Source of the DNA: Deltaproteobacteria bacterium
Lineage (GTDB): Bacteria; Myxococcota_A; UBA9160; SMWR01
NCBI GenBank assembly: GCA_032128115.1
Contig: JAQBHB010000011.1
Coordinates: forward strand, 1 to 27,439
DNA: 27,439 nt
Reading direction: 5' to 3'
Part shown: positions 9,072-18,100 of the stretch, piece by piece
Layout of the letters: every line of letters begins with the position of its first letter
Numbering within the stretch: the stretch's first letter is position 1
Position numbers and translations under genes: made by a program
The notes under the pieces: model-generated
What the model saw: the letters and a program-made list of their open reading frames with translations, nothing else
What the model was told of the DNA's origin: nothing
Database searches by the model: none

Positions 9072-10343
9072 GTGAGTAGCGGTGCGCGACGCGATGGCTC
9101 CGATGGCTTGGATGGCTTGAATCGCCGCGACTTCCTGAACCGCCTGGGTCGGGGAGTCGTTGCCACGGCCGCCGCCACGGTGGCACCGGCGGCGGGAGCC
9201 GACACCCCGTCTGACGACGGCCCGCGTGTTCGCCGCTACAGGACCCTGGGTCGCACGGGCCTGCGCATCTCGGATATCTCGATTGGAACCGGGTCGGCCA
9301 AGGATCCGGCGGTGATCCGCCACGCATTCGACCAGGGCATCACCTACTTCGACACCGCCGAGAGCTATCCGCTCTACCGCGCCGGAAAGGCGGAGCTGGC
9401 CATCGGCCAGGCGCTCGCGGGCGTGCGCGACAAGGTGGTGCTTGCGTCGAAGATCGTCGCCAAGGCCGACTTCGACCGCAACCAGATCATGAAGAGCCTG
9501 GAGGGGAGCCTGCGACGCCTGCGAACCGATCGCATCGACGTCTACTTCAATCACGCGGTGAACGATCTCGCGCGGCTGCGCAACCCCGAGTGGTTCGAGT
9601 TCGCCGAACAGGCCAAGAAGCAGGGGAAGATCCGCTTCACGGGCATGTCGGGCCACGGCGGACACCTGATCGAGTGCCTGGATGCGGCCCTGGACGAGGA
9701 CCGGGTGGACGTGATTCTCGCGGCCTACAACTTCGGCCAGGATCCAGCCTTCTACGAGAAGTTCGTCAAAAGTTTCGACATCGTGGCCAACCAGGAGGGG
9801 CTGCCGCGCGTTCTTGCGAAGGCGAAAGCCAAGGGCGTGGGCGTCGTGGTCATGAAGACCCTCATGGGCGGTCGCCTCAACGACATGCGCCCCTACGAGT
9901 GGAGCGGGTCCACGTTCTCCCAGGCGGCCTTCCGCTGGGTGCTCTCGAACCCGAACGTGGACGGATTGATCGTCAGCATGAATACGCGCGAGCACGTGGA
10001 CGAATACCTGGGCGCGTCGGGCAGGGAAGCGGTGTCCGGGCGCGACCTGCGCATGCTGCGCGAGTACGCGCAGCGAAACGGTGGCGCCTATTGTCGCCCC
10101 GCCTGCAACGACTGCTCCGAAAGCTGCCCCCACCAGGTTTCCATCTCCGAAGTGCTGCGCGCGCGCATGTACGCCGCGGACTACGGCGACCCGGCGCTGG
10201 CGCGCGCCACCTACGCGACGCTGGGTGCCGGCGCCTCGGCTTGTCTCAGCTGCAGCGGAGAGCCCTGCGCAGACGCGTGTCCCCACGGTCTCGACGTCTC
10301 GGCGCTCACCCGGGGCGCAGCGCGGAGTCTCGGCGCGGCCTAG
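9072..10343 (+). CDS. Aldo/keto reductase with twin-arginine signal and C-terminal Fe-S (ferredoxin-like) domain
   Basis: NRRDFL plus hydrophobic stretch. YRTLGRTGLRIS, YFDTAESY, LASK and SLRRLRTDRIDVYFNH give the D/Y/K/H tetrad. Cys clusters CRPACNDCSESCP and CLSCSGEPCADACP. Exact start uncertain. Confidence 0.9.
   Translation: MSSGARRDGSDGLDGLNRRDFLNRLGRGVVATAAATVAPAAGADTPSDDGPRVRRYRTLGRTGLRISDISIGTGSAKDPAVIRHAFDQGITYFDTAESYPLYRAGKAELAIGQALAGVRDKVVLASKIVAKADFDRNQIMKSLEGSLRRLRTDRIDVYFNHAVNDLARLRNPEWFEFAEQAKKQGKIRFTGMSGHGGHLIECLDAALDEDRVDVILAAYNFGQDPAFYEKFVKSFDIVANQEGLPRVLAKAKAKGVGVVVMKTLMGGRLNDMRPYEWSGSTFSQAAFRWVLSNPNVDGLIVSMNTREHVDEYLGASGREAVSGRDLRMLREYAQRNGGAYCRPACNDCSESCPHQVSISEVLRARMYAADYGDPALARATYATLGAGASACLSCSGEPCADACPHGLDVSALTRGAARSLGAA
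9093..9119 (+). repeat. 9-nt tandem repeat x3 (DGS-DGL-DGL) just before the Tat motif
   Basis: gatggctcc gatggcttg gatggcttg read directly. Confidence 0.85.
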
Positions 10344-10344
10344 G

Positions 10345-12330
10345 GTGCGCTGGAAGCTGCGAACACTGCTCGGGCTGCTGCTGGCCCTGGGATGCTCCGG
10401 GGCCGAAGACGAGGTCCGCTACGGGGTCGAGGGCGGCCAGTGGCGCAGCTTCGCCGGCGACCCGGGCGCCGCCCGATACTCGCCACTCGACCAGATCGAC
10501 GCCGACAACTTCGCGAAACTCGAGTTCGCGTGGACCTGGGTCAACCCGGACACCGCCTGGAAGCGCAAGACCGTCGCCGCCATCGAGGCTGGCAGTTTTC
10601 CCTACCTGGTGCCGCGCCGCGTCTCCCTGGTGGACTTCCAGGGCACGCCGCTGATGGTGGACGGCGTGCTCTACGGCAGCACGGCCGTGGGGCAGGTCTA
10701 TGCGGTGGACGCGGGTTCGGGGCGCGAGATCTGGACCTTCGACCCCCAGAGCTATGCCTCGTCGAGTGGCGGTTTCGACTTCTTCTTTCCCAAGCACCGG
10801 GGCCTCGCGTACTGGCGGAGCGGCGACGACGAGAGGATCTTCCTGGCGGCCATCGACGCCTTCCTGTGGGCCATCGACGCGAGGACGGGCCAGCCGGTGT
10901 CGTCCTTCGGAGAGCGCGGACGCGTCGACCTTCTCGAGGGCGTTCGCTACGAGCATCCGATCCAGCGCATCAAGGACTACTTCCAGTCCTCCCCCCCGGC
11001 CATCCATCGCAATACGGTGGTGGTGGGCTCGAGCGTCACCGACCGACCCAAGCGCCTGCAGGGCATCCCGGGCGACATCCGGGGCTTCGACGCACGCAGC
11101 GGAAAACGCAAATGGACGTTCCACACCATTCCCGAGGCACACGAGTTCGGGGCGGAGACCTGGGAGAATGGATCCTGGCGCACGGGCGGTGCGGCCAACG
11201 TATGGGGGCCCATGAGCGTCGATCCGGAGCGGGGACGCGTCTACGCGACGACATCTACGCCCTGGAACGACCTCTACGGGGGGCACCGGCCCGGCGACAA
11301 TCTTTTTGGCGAGACTCTCTTGTGTCTGGATGCCGAGACCGGCGAGCGGATCTGGCACCAGCAGTTGATCCGCCACGGGCTGTGGGATTACGACCCGGGC
11401 GCCCCCCCGAATCTCGTGGACCTGCAGGTGGACGGGAGGCCGGTGAAGGCCGTGGCGCAGGTGACGAAGCAGGCCTTCACGTTCGTGTTCGATCGGGAAA
11501 CCGGGGAGCCGGTCTGGCCCATCGAGGATCGTGCGGTACCGCCGTCGGACGTGCCGGGCGAGAAGGCGTCGCCCACCCAGCGCTTTCCCACGCGGCCCCC
11601 CCCGTTCGACCGCCAGGGCACGTTCGAGGACGACCTGATCGACTTCACGCCGGAGATCCGACGCGAGGCCCTGGCGATCTTCCGCCGCTACCGGACCGGG
11701 CCGCTGTTCACCCCGCCCTCACTTGCGGGAAGCCTGATCCTGCCGGGCTCCGGCGGCGGTTCCAACTGGCGCGGTGCCGCCTTCGATCCCGAAACGGAAA
11801 TCCTGTACGTCACGTCCATCACCCAGGCCACGGCGCTCTCGGTGAAGCACGATCCGGCCAATCCGCTGCGCTACGTCACCGCCCTGACGATTCCTCCCTG
11901 GGTTCCGGACGGGAACTGGACGCCCGACGCGCTCCCCCTGGTCAAGCCCCCCTACTCGCGGATCACGGCCATCGACCTGAACCGCGGCGAGATCGTCTGG
12001 CAGGCGGCCAACGGCAACGGTCCCCGCAACCATCCCCGCCTGGCACATCTGAAGCTCCCGCCCCTGGGCTCGGGCGTGCACACCTGCGCCCTGGTGACTC
12101 GCACGTTGCTCTTCGCCGCCGACGGGGCCGAAATGTGGTCGTCGACCGCGGGCGAGCCGATCTTCCGCGCCTACGACAAGCAGACCGGGCGCGTGGTGGG
12201 CGAGATTCGCATGCCTGCCCGGGTGCGGGGCTGCCCGATGACCTATCTGGAGAACGGGGTGCAGTATCTGGTGATGCCCGTGGCGGACGCCGATCATCCG
12301 CCGTCGCTGGTGGCGCTGGCGCTGCCGTGA
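10345..12330 (+). CDS. PQQ-dependent dehydrogenase (glucose/quinate/shikimate-DH-like beta-propeller), predicted lipoprotein (661 aa)
   Basis: Start GTG 10345 right after the upstream TAG, lipobox LALGC. Motifs RYSPLDQI, FQGTPLMVDGVLY, HRGLAYW, PGDIRGFD, GAANVW, HGLWDYD, QVTKQ, GGSNWRGAAFDPE and PMTY. Confidence 0.9.
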   Translation: MRWKLRTLLGLLLALGCSGAEDEVRYGVEGGQWRSFAGDPGAARYSPLDQIDADNFAKLEFAWTWVNPDTAWKRKTVAAIEAGSFPYLVPRRVSLVDFQGTPLMVDGVLYGSTAVGQVYAVDAGSGREIWTFDPQSYASSSGGFDFFFPKHRGLAYWRSGDDERIFLAAIDAFLWAIDARTGQPVSSFGERGRVDLLEGVRYEHPIQRIKDYFQSSPPAIHRNTVVVGSSVTDRPKRLQGIPGDIRGFDARSGKRKWTFHTIPEAHEFGAETWENGSWRTGGAANVWGPMSVDPERGRVYATTSTPWNDLYGGHRPGDNLFGETLLCLDAETGERIWHQQLIRHGLWDYDPGAPPNLVDLQVDGRPVKAVAQVTKQAFTFVFDRETGEPVWPIEDRAVPPSDVPGEKASPTQRFPTRPPPFDRQGTFEDDLIDFTPEIRREALAIFRRYRTGPLFTPPSLAGSLILPGSGGGSNWRGAAFDPETEILYVTSITQATALSVKHDPANPLRYVTALTIPPWVPDGNWTPDALPLVKPPYSRITAIDLNRGEIVWQAANGNGPRNHPRLAHLKLPPLGSGVHTCALVTRTLLFAADGAEMWSSTAGEPIFRAYDKQTGRVVGEIRMPARVRGCPMTYLENGVQYLVMPVADADHPPSLVALALP

Positions 12331-13706
12331 ATCCGGGGCGCGCCGCCGTCGTCTGGATCGCGGCCTCGTGGCTACTCGCGGGCTGCGCCCCGGACGCGCG
12401 TCCGAGAAACGCGATCCTGATCGTGCTCGACACCCTGCGGGCCGACCGGGTCTCCGTGTACGGCAATCCGCGCGAGACGACGCCCGCGCTGGATGCCCTG
12501 GCCGAGCGCGGCGTCGTGTTCGAGACGGCTGTCACCAACGCGCCGTGGACTCTCGCGGCCATGGGCGCGTTGCTGGCGGGCGAGTATCCGACGGCGCGGG
12601 TGCTTGACGAGGGCCTGCAGATGTCGCTGGTGGAGGCCCTGCGCGACGCGGGCTGGCGTACGGCGGCCTTCACCGAGGGTGGGTTCGTGTCGGAGCATTT
12701 CGGCTTCGAGCGAGGCTTCGACGAATTCCGGGAGGTGCAGGGCAAGTCCCACCGGTTCACGCCAGTGGACCCGACGCAGCAGAAGGCGGCCATCGACACC
12801 ACCTTCGCCGGGGCCCGGGAGTGGCTGGAGAACGTTGGGGAGGAGCCCTTTTTCCTGCTGGTCCACAGCTACGAACCCCACATGCCCTACCGGCGCCAGA
12901 CGTACGCCGCCGGCATCGAGCGCGGTTCCCTGGACGAGACCTTCGAGATCGTGCACCTGGCCATGTCCTTGGAGGGGATGCTTCCGCTGGGCGAACGCGA
13001 GCTGGCCTACATCCGGGCCCTGTACGACGGGGGCGTCACCACCAGCGACCACTACGTGGGCGAGCTGCTGGCGACGCTCGATCGATTGGGCCTCGTCGAC
13101 GACACGTTGGTGGTGGTTACCAGCGACCACGGCGAAGACCTGGGCGATCGCATGCCCCTGCACCCGGGGAGTCACGGGCACTCGCTCTACGACGAGCAGC
13201 TGCTGGTGCCGCTGATCCTGTTCGACCCCACCCGCGACTATCCGGTGTCGAGCGTGGCCACGCAGATTCGAACCATCGACGTGATGCCCACGATTCTCGA
13301 GCTGTTGGGCGTGCCGCGAATCGCGCGCGGACACGGTCGCTCGCTGTTGCCCCTGATGCGCGGCGAGGAAACCGGGGATCGCCCGGCCTGGATCGAGGTC
13401 CCCGCCAGCACCAAGCTGCAATTCGAACGCCATCTGGGGCTGCGCACCGGGCGCGAGAAGCTGGTGGTGAAACCGGCGACGGAAGCCAAGGACGAAGCCT
13501 GGGTGGGGGTGTTCGACCTGGAGGCGGACCCGGTGGAGGCGAACAACCTGGGCGCGAGCGACGCTGCGCGCCGCAGGGCGCTCACCACCCAGCTGCGCGA
13601 GCTGCAGGCCGAGCTTCGCGCCGATGGCCCGGCGCGCTACGGCGGCGTGCGCCAGGAGACCGAAGAGGTCCGCGAGCAGCTCCGGGCGCTCGGCTACATC
13701 GAGTGA
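12327..13706 (+). CDS. Sulfatase-like hydrolase/transferase, predicted lipoprotein (459 aa)
   Basis: Start GTG 12327 (GTGA overlap), lipobox LAGC. Motifs NAILIVLDTLRAD, NAPWTLAAM, HSYEPH, LYDGGV, TSDHGEDL and DVMPT; ends QLRALGYIE. Confidence 0.9.
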   Translation: MNPGRAAVVWIAASWLLAGCAPDARPRNAILIVLDTLRADRVSVYGNPRETTPALDALAERGVVFETAVTNAPWTLAAMGALLAGEYPTARVLDEGLQMSLVEALRDAGWRTAAFTEGGFVSEHFGFERGFDEFREVQGKSHRFTPVDPTQQKAAIDTTFAGAREWLENVGEEPFFLLVHSYEPHMPYRRQTYAAGIERGSLDETFEIVHLAMSLEGMLPLGERELAYIRALYDGGVTTSDHYVGELLATLDRLGLVDDTLVVVTSDHGEDLGDRMPLHPGSHGHSLYDEQLLVPLILFDPTRDYPVSSVATQIRTIDVMPTILELLGVPRIARGHGRSLLPLMRGEETGDRPAWIEVPASTKLQFERHLGLRTGREKLVVKPATEAKDEAWVGVFDLEADPVEANNLGASDAARRRALTTQLRELQAELRADGPARYGGVRQETEEVREQLRALGYIE

Positions 13707-15175
13707 CGGGTGCGCGCAGGCATTGGCACTCCGTTCTGGCCGCCGTCGCGGCGGCGGGCCTCGCCGCGGGCTGTGCGGAGCCCCCGCGTCCCCGAAACGC
13801 AGTCCTGATCGTTCTCGACACGCTGCGCGCGGACCGCCTGTCGGCCTACGGCAACCCGCGAATCACCTCGCCGGTGCTCGATGCGCTGGCGCGCAAGGGG
13901 ATTCTGTTCGAGCAGGTGGTGACGAACGCGCCCTGGACCCTGCCCGCCATGGTGGGTCTGCTGGCGGGCGACTACCCCACCGCGCGAGTCTTCGATGGCA
14001 CCTTGTTGGTGTCCCTCGTGGAGGATCTGCTGCGGGCCGGGTTCGAGACGGCGGCGTTTACCGAGGGCGGCTTCGTTTCGAAGCACTGGGGCCTCGACCG
14101 GGGCTTCACCGTCTTCGAGGATCACGAGGCGATCGAGCGACCCTGGCGCACGGGCCGACTGGCGAAGACGCCGGGCGAAAGGCCCGCGGTCGGCGGGATC
14201 GAGCACACGTTCCTGGCGGCGCGAGCCTGGCTCGAGCAGCGGGGTGAGGAGCCCTTCTTCCTGCTGGTACACACGTACGAGCCCCACACGCCCTATCGCC
14301 GGCGGAGCTTCGTCGAGTCCGAGGCCATCGAGCCCGGCCTTCTGGGGCCTACCTTCGAGATCGCCAACGCCGCCATGGCGAAGACCGACCACCCGCAGAA
14401 GGGGTCACTCGGAGACACGGAGTTCCGCTACATCCGCGCGCTCTACGACGGTGGCGTGGAGGAGAGCGACCGCCGCGTTGGCGAGCTGCTGGAGACGCTG
14501 GCCCAAGGGGGGCTTTCCCATGACACCCTGGTGGTGGTGACGAGCGACCACGGCGAAGACCTGGGCGACCGCGTGCCGCCCCGGCCGGGCAGCCACGGCC
14601 ATGGGCTCTACGACGAGACGGTTCTCGTGCCCTTGATCTTCTACGATCCGACGCGGAACTACCCTGCGCGGCGCATCGCGACCCAGGTGCGCAGCATCGA
14701 TACGTTTCCCACCATTCTCGATCTGCTCGGCGTTCCGACGCCCGAGGGCGCTCGCGGACGTTCGTTGCTTCCGCTCCTGGAGGGCGGGGAGAACGAGCAC
14801 CGGCTGGCGTGGAGCTGGATTCCCTCCACTGGCGCGCTGCGCTTTCGCGAGCGGATGGGCGTGCGCACCGGCAGCCACAAGTTGATCCTGACGCCAGCGC
14901 AGGAGCCGGAGATGGAGCCCCGGATCGAGTGGTACGACCTGGGCGCCGACGCGGGCGAACGCGTGAACCTCGAGGGGTCCGAACCCGAGCGGGAGCAGGT
15001 GCTGCGCGCGGCGTTGGGGATGATGCGAGCGGTGCTTTCGCAGGACGGGCTCGCGAGCTTCGAGCGAACCCAAAGCGAATCTGAGAGCGAATCCGAGAGC
15101 GAATCCGAGATCGAATCCGAGAACGAATCCGAGAAGCTCCTGGACGACCTGCGGGCGCTCGGCTACGTCGAGTGA
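13703..15175 (+). CDS. Sulfatase-like hydrolase/transferase, predicted lipoprotein (490 aa); tandem paralog of the preceding gene
   Basis: Start GTG 13703 (GTGA overlap), lipobox LAAGC. Motifs NAVLIVLDTLRAD, NAPWTLPAM, HTYEPH and TSDHGEDLGDR; ends DLRALGYVE. Confidence 0.9.
   Translation: MTGARRHWHSVLAAVAAAGLAAGCAEPPRPRNAVLIVLDTLRADRLSAYGNPRITSPVLDALARKGILFEQVVTNAPWTLPAMVGLLAGDYPTARVFDGTLLVSLVEDLLRAGFETAAFTEGGFVSKHWGLDRGFTVFEDHEAIERPWRTGRLAKTPGERPAVGGIEHTFLAARAWLEQRGEEPFFLLVHTYEPHTPYRRRSFVESEAIEPGLLGPTFEIANAAMAKTDHPQKGSLGDTEFRYIRALYDGGVEESDRRVGELLETLAQGGLSHDTLVVVTSDHGEDLGDRVPPRPGSHGHGLYDETVLVPLIFYDPTRNYPARRIATQVRSIDTFPTILDLLGVPTPEGARGRSLLPLLEGGENEHRLAWSWIPSTGALRFRERMGVRTGSHKLILTPAQEPEMEPRIEWYDLGADAGERVNLEGSEPEREQVLRAALGMMRAVLSQDGLASFERTQSESESESESESEIESENESEKLLDDLRALGYVE
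15074..15133 (+). repeat. In-frame 12-nt tandem repeat x5 encoding a Ser-Glu tract
   Basis: agcgaatctgag agcgaatccgag agcgaatccgag atcgaatccgag aacgaatccgag. Confidence 0.95.
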
Positions 15176-18100
15176 CGTGTGCGGGCTCGACCCCGCATCC
15201 ACACGAGAAGGGGCAGCAGGAGGGCCAGCTCGAAGCCCAGGCCGCAGGAGCGTTTGACGGATTCGCTGGTCTGCCAGGCGTTCCCGCACTGGGGATCGGC
15301 CGTGTCGGTGCGGCCGTCCTGGTCGTTGTCGATGCCGTCGTCACACTGGGGCGACTCGGTGTGCCAGTCTGCGTTGCGGCAGCCCGGGTCGAGTCCGTCG
15401 TCGATCATGCCGTCGCCGTCGTCGTCGATGCCATTGCGGCAGACCGGGATGGCCGGGTCGCAGGCGTCGCCGGGCCCACCGGGAGTCGTGTCCTGCTGGG
15501 TGGGGTTCGCGAGCGCCGGGCAGTTGTCGTCGCCGTCCAGGGCCGCGTCCTCGTCCCGGTCCAGCGCGAGCCGCTGGCCCGAGCCGGGTGGAACACACGT
15601 GAACGTCAGTTCCTGGCCTGCGGTCGTCGCCAGAGCACGCAACTGGGCGTCGGTCCGATCCGCCTCCACAGCCACATCGCTGCGGTAATCGCCAGTGACC
15701 GCATCCAGCAGCCAGCCTCGCGCCGTTCCCGCCAGGTTGCCCTTCACCGCCAGCTCGCAGTGCTTGGCACCCGGATGTTCCGCCATGCTGAAGTCGGCCA
15801 GGGCGAGCGTTCGCATCAGGGTGATGCGGTCGTTCACGTCGCTGCCGCTGGCGGCGGTGAGTGTCACCTGCTGGCCCACGATGGTGGCCAGGTTCGTGGG
15901 GAAGTTCAGCACGAAGTCCTCGACGGCACTGCGCTGGGCGGGGCCCCCGGGAAAGGTGAACCCGATGGAGAGGAAGTTCACCACGTTGCCGCAGGTGCCG
16001 TCGGTGCACAGGCCCACGCCGGACACCTGGTCGCCCAGGTCGGTGCCCGAATTGCCCTGGCTGTTGTAGAAGGTGAGTCCGAAGGCGCCCGCCTTGTCGT
16101 AGACGTTGCGCAGGTGGGGGATCTTGTTGTGCTGCGGCCCCGCGTCGAAGACCGTATTGCCGTTGCTGCCGAAGCGGCCCAGGCTGCGATCGAGTGCGTG
16201 GCAGCCGATGCACTTGCCCTGGCCGCTCACGATCACGTTGGTGTAGGTATCGCGTCCGAGAGCCAGCGCGGCTGTGTCGGCCTCGTCCAGGGCCCGGTGG
16301 GGGTTCGGCGGCGGCAGGATCGTGAGGGCGAACTCGGCGAAGGCCTGCATGTCGGCGTCGGCAATCGGCCCCGCGTTGCGCCCCAACACGCCCCCGAAGG
16401 CCGGATTGAACTGCTTGAAGGCGGCGATCTCGTCGAAGGGATCGCCGCTCATGGGATCGTTGATGCCCGTCTGGTCGCCGCGCCAGTGCATGGGTCCGTT
16501 GCGATCCATGCCCCGGTAGGTCTGCGTCGTCATGGGGCCCTTGAGCGGGTGGAAGACCTTGGGAATCACCGCGTTGAACTGGAAGGGGTTGGGGTTCGCC
16601 ACCTCGACTCCCAGCGGATTGCCCAGGTTCCAGGCCAGGTCGTCCTTGTCGCCGAAGACGTGGCAGCTGCCGCAGGAGGCCTCGCCGTTGCTCGACGCGA
16701 GGCGCGCGTCGTAGAGGAAGCGGCGTCCGTCACGCACCACGGCCGGCTCCGGGTTCGGGAGCGCCAGGATGTCCACCTCCTGGGCGCTGACCAGGTCCAC
16801 CACGGACAGCTGGTTTTCGAAGCGGGTATAGACGTAGAGGCGATCGTTCGCCGCATCGACGGCGAGTCCGGCGGGTCCCCCGCCGCTGATCTCGATGTGG
16901 TCGGCCGCGTCGGGCACGAAGGTGTCGGCATCGAGCTCCGCCACATCGAAGATTCCCAGCTTCGACGAGCCCAGGGCGGCCACGTACAGGGTCAGTCCAT
17001 CGTCCGAGAAGCCGAGCCCCTGGGGCAGGGCCAGGCTCTTGTCGGCGGTGCCCGCCGGCACCGGGAAGAGGTCGTAGTCGATGTGCTTGTTCAGATGGCG
17101 GGGTGAAACGCTGTTCGGCGCCTCGAGCACGCTGATGCGCGCCTGGTGCAGGCGCCCGCGCACCGTGGGATCGCCCACGCCGTCTCCCTCGAAGCGGAAC
17201 TCGTTGCGCGCCTCGGTGTTGCTCACGTAGACGCGGCCGCTGGGGTGGACGGCCATTCCGTAGAGGATCGTCCCCACAGCGGCGAACGCGGCAGTCTCGA
17301 CTGGGGGGGTGGCCAGGGCGTCGACGGCGAAGACGTCGAGATCCGGGAGCAGGAACGGAATGGCCCCGTTCCAGTTGCGCCCCAACACGTCCTGCCACTC
17401 GTCGGAAGCCTCGTCGTACTTGACGACCAGGCCCACCTCCGGGGCGGGATTGCCGATGGCATCTTCGTTGGGAGCGGGGACGCCGCCCGGAAGAATCGGG
17501 AACGGGAAGCCCTCGCCGGGCTCCCCCACGGGCTCCGGGTCGCTGGGGCCCGTGGCGTTCAGGGTGCAGGGGCCGCGCGAATCGCCGCCGTCGCACACGC
17601 CACCCGAGTTCACCACGGCGGTCTGGTTGCCCGAGTGGAAGATGCCGACGTACACGGTGGCGCCGTCGGGACTGACGGCCAGATTGCGGGGCTTGGTTCC
17701 GAAGAAGCGCAGGATCGTTTCGGGCGTTCCGCCGAGAGTCGTTCCCAGGTTCGCCGCGTCGAACACCCAGACGTCGGCGCGGCCCACGCCGTCGGTCTTG
17801 AGCTCGGCATCCGGGTCTTCCGGGTGGTTCTGTCCGCGCCGGGCCGCGCTCACGAAGGCCCGCGGAAACGGGTCGTTCGGGTTGGCGCGAAAGCCCCCGA
17901 AGACCACGTCCCAGGGTTCGTCGCCCACCAGCAGGGTGCGCACCACGCGTGGAGGCGAGGCCCCCACGTCGACGATGCTGACGCTGTCCGAGACGTGGTT
18001 CACCACCCAGACTTCGTCGTTCGTGCGGGCGTTCACGGCCACCGGGTCGATGCCCACGGGCACCGAGGCCAGGTGGATGGGATCGCCGCCGTTGCTGTCG

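Noticed and set aside
11380..11394. WDYD motif in the PQQ enzyme as a sign of lanthanide dependence
   Set aside because: A W-D-x-D motif also occurs in glucose-dehydrogenase-type enzymes, and the vicinal Cys pair of XoxF/ExaF-type enzymes is absent, so the motif alone is not diagnostic.
4692..13702. Apparent large N-terminal extensions of track ORFs 4692..7394, 7401..10286, 10081..12330, 10392..13706 and 12821..15175
   Set aside because: The extensions overlap real neighbouring genes and are Arg/Pro/Gly-rich noise or antisense shadow; signal peptides or TM1 begin at internal GTG starts.
349..15133. Short tandem repeats as a possible CRISPR array or phase-variation switch
   Set aside because: No spacers or cas genes, and all unit lengths (9, 12, 18) are multiples of three, so slippage would not shift the frame.
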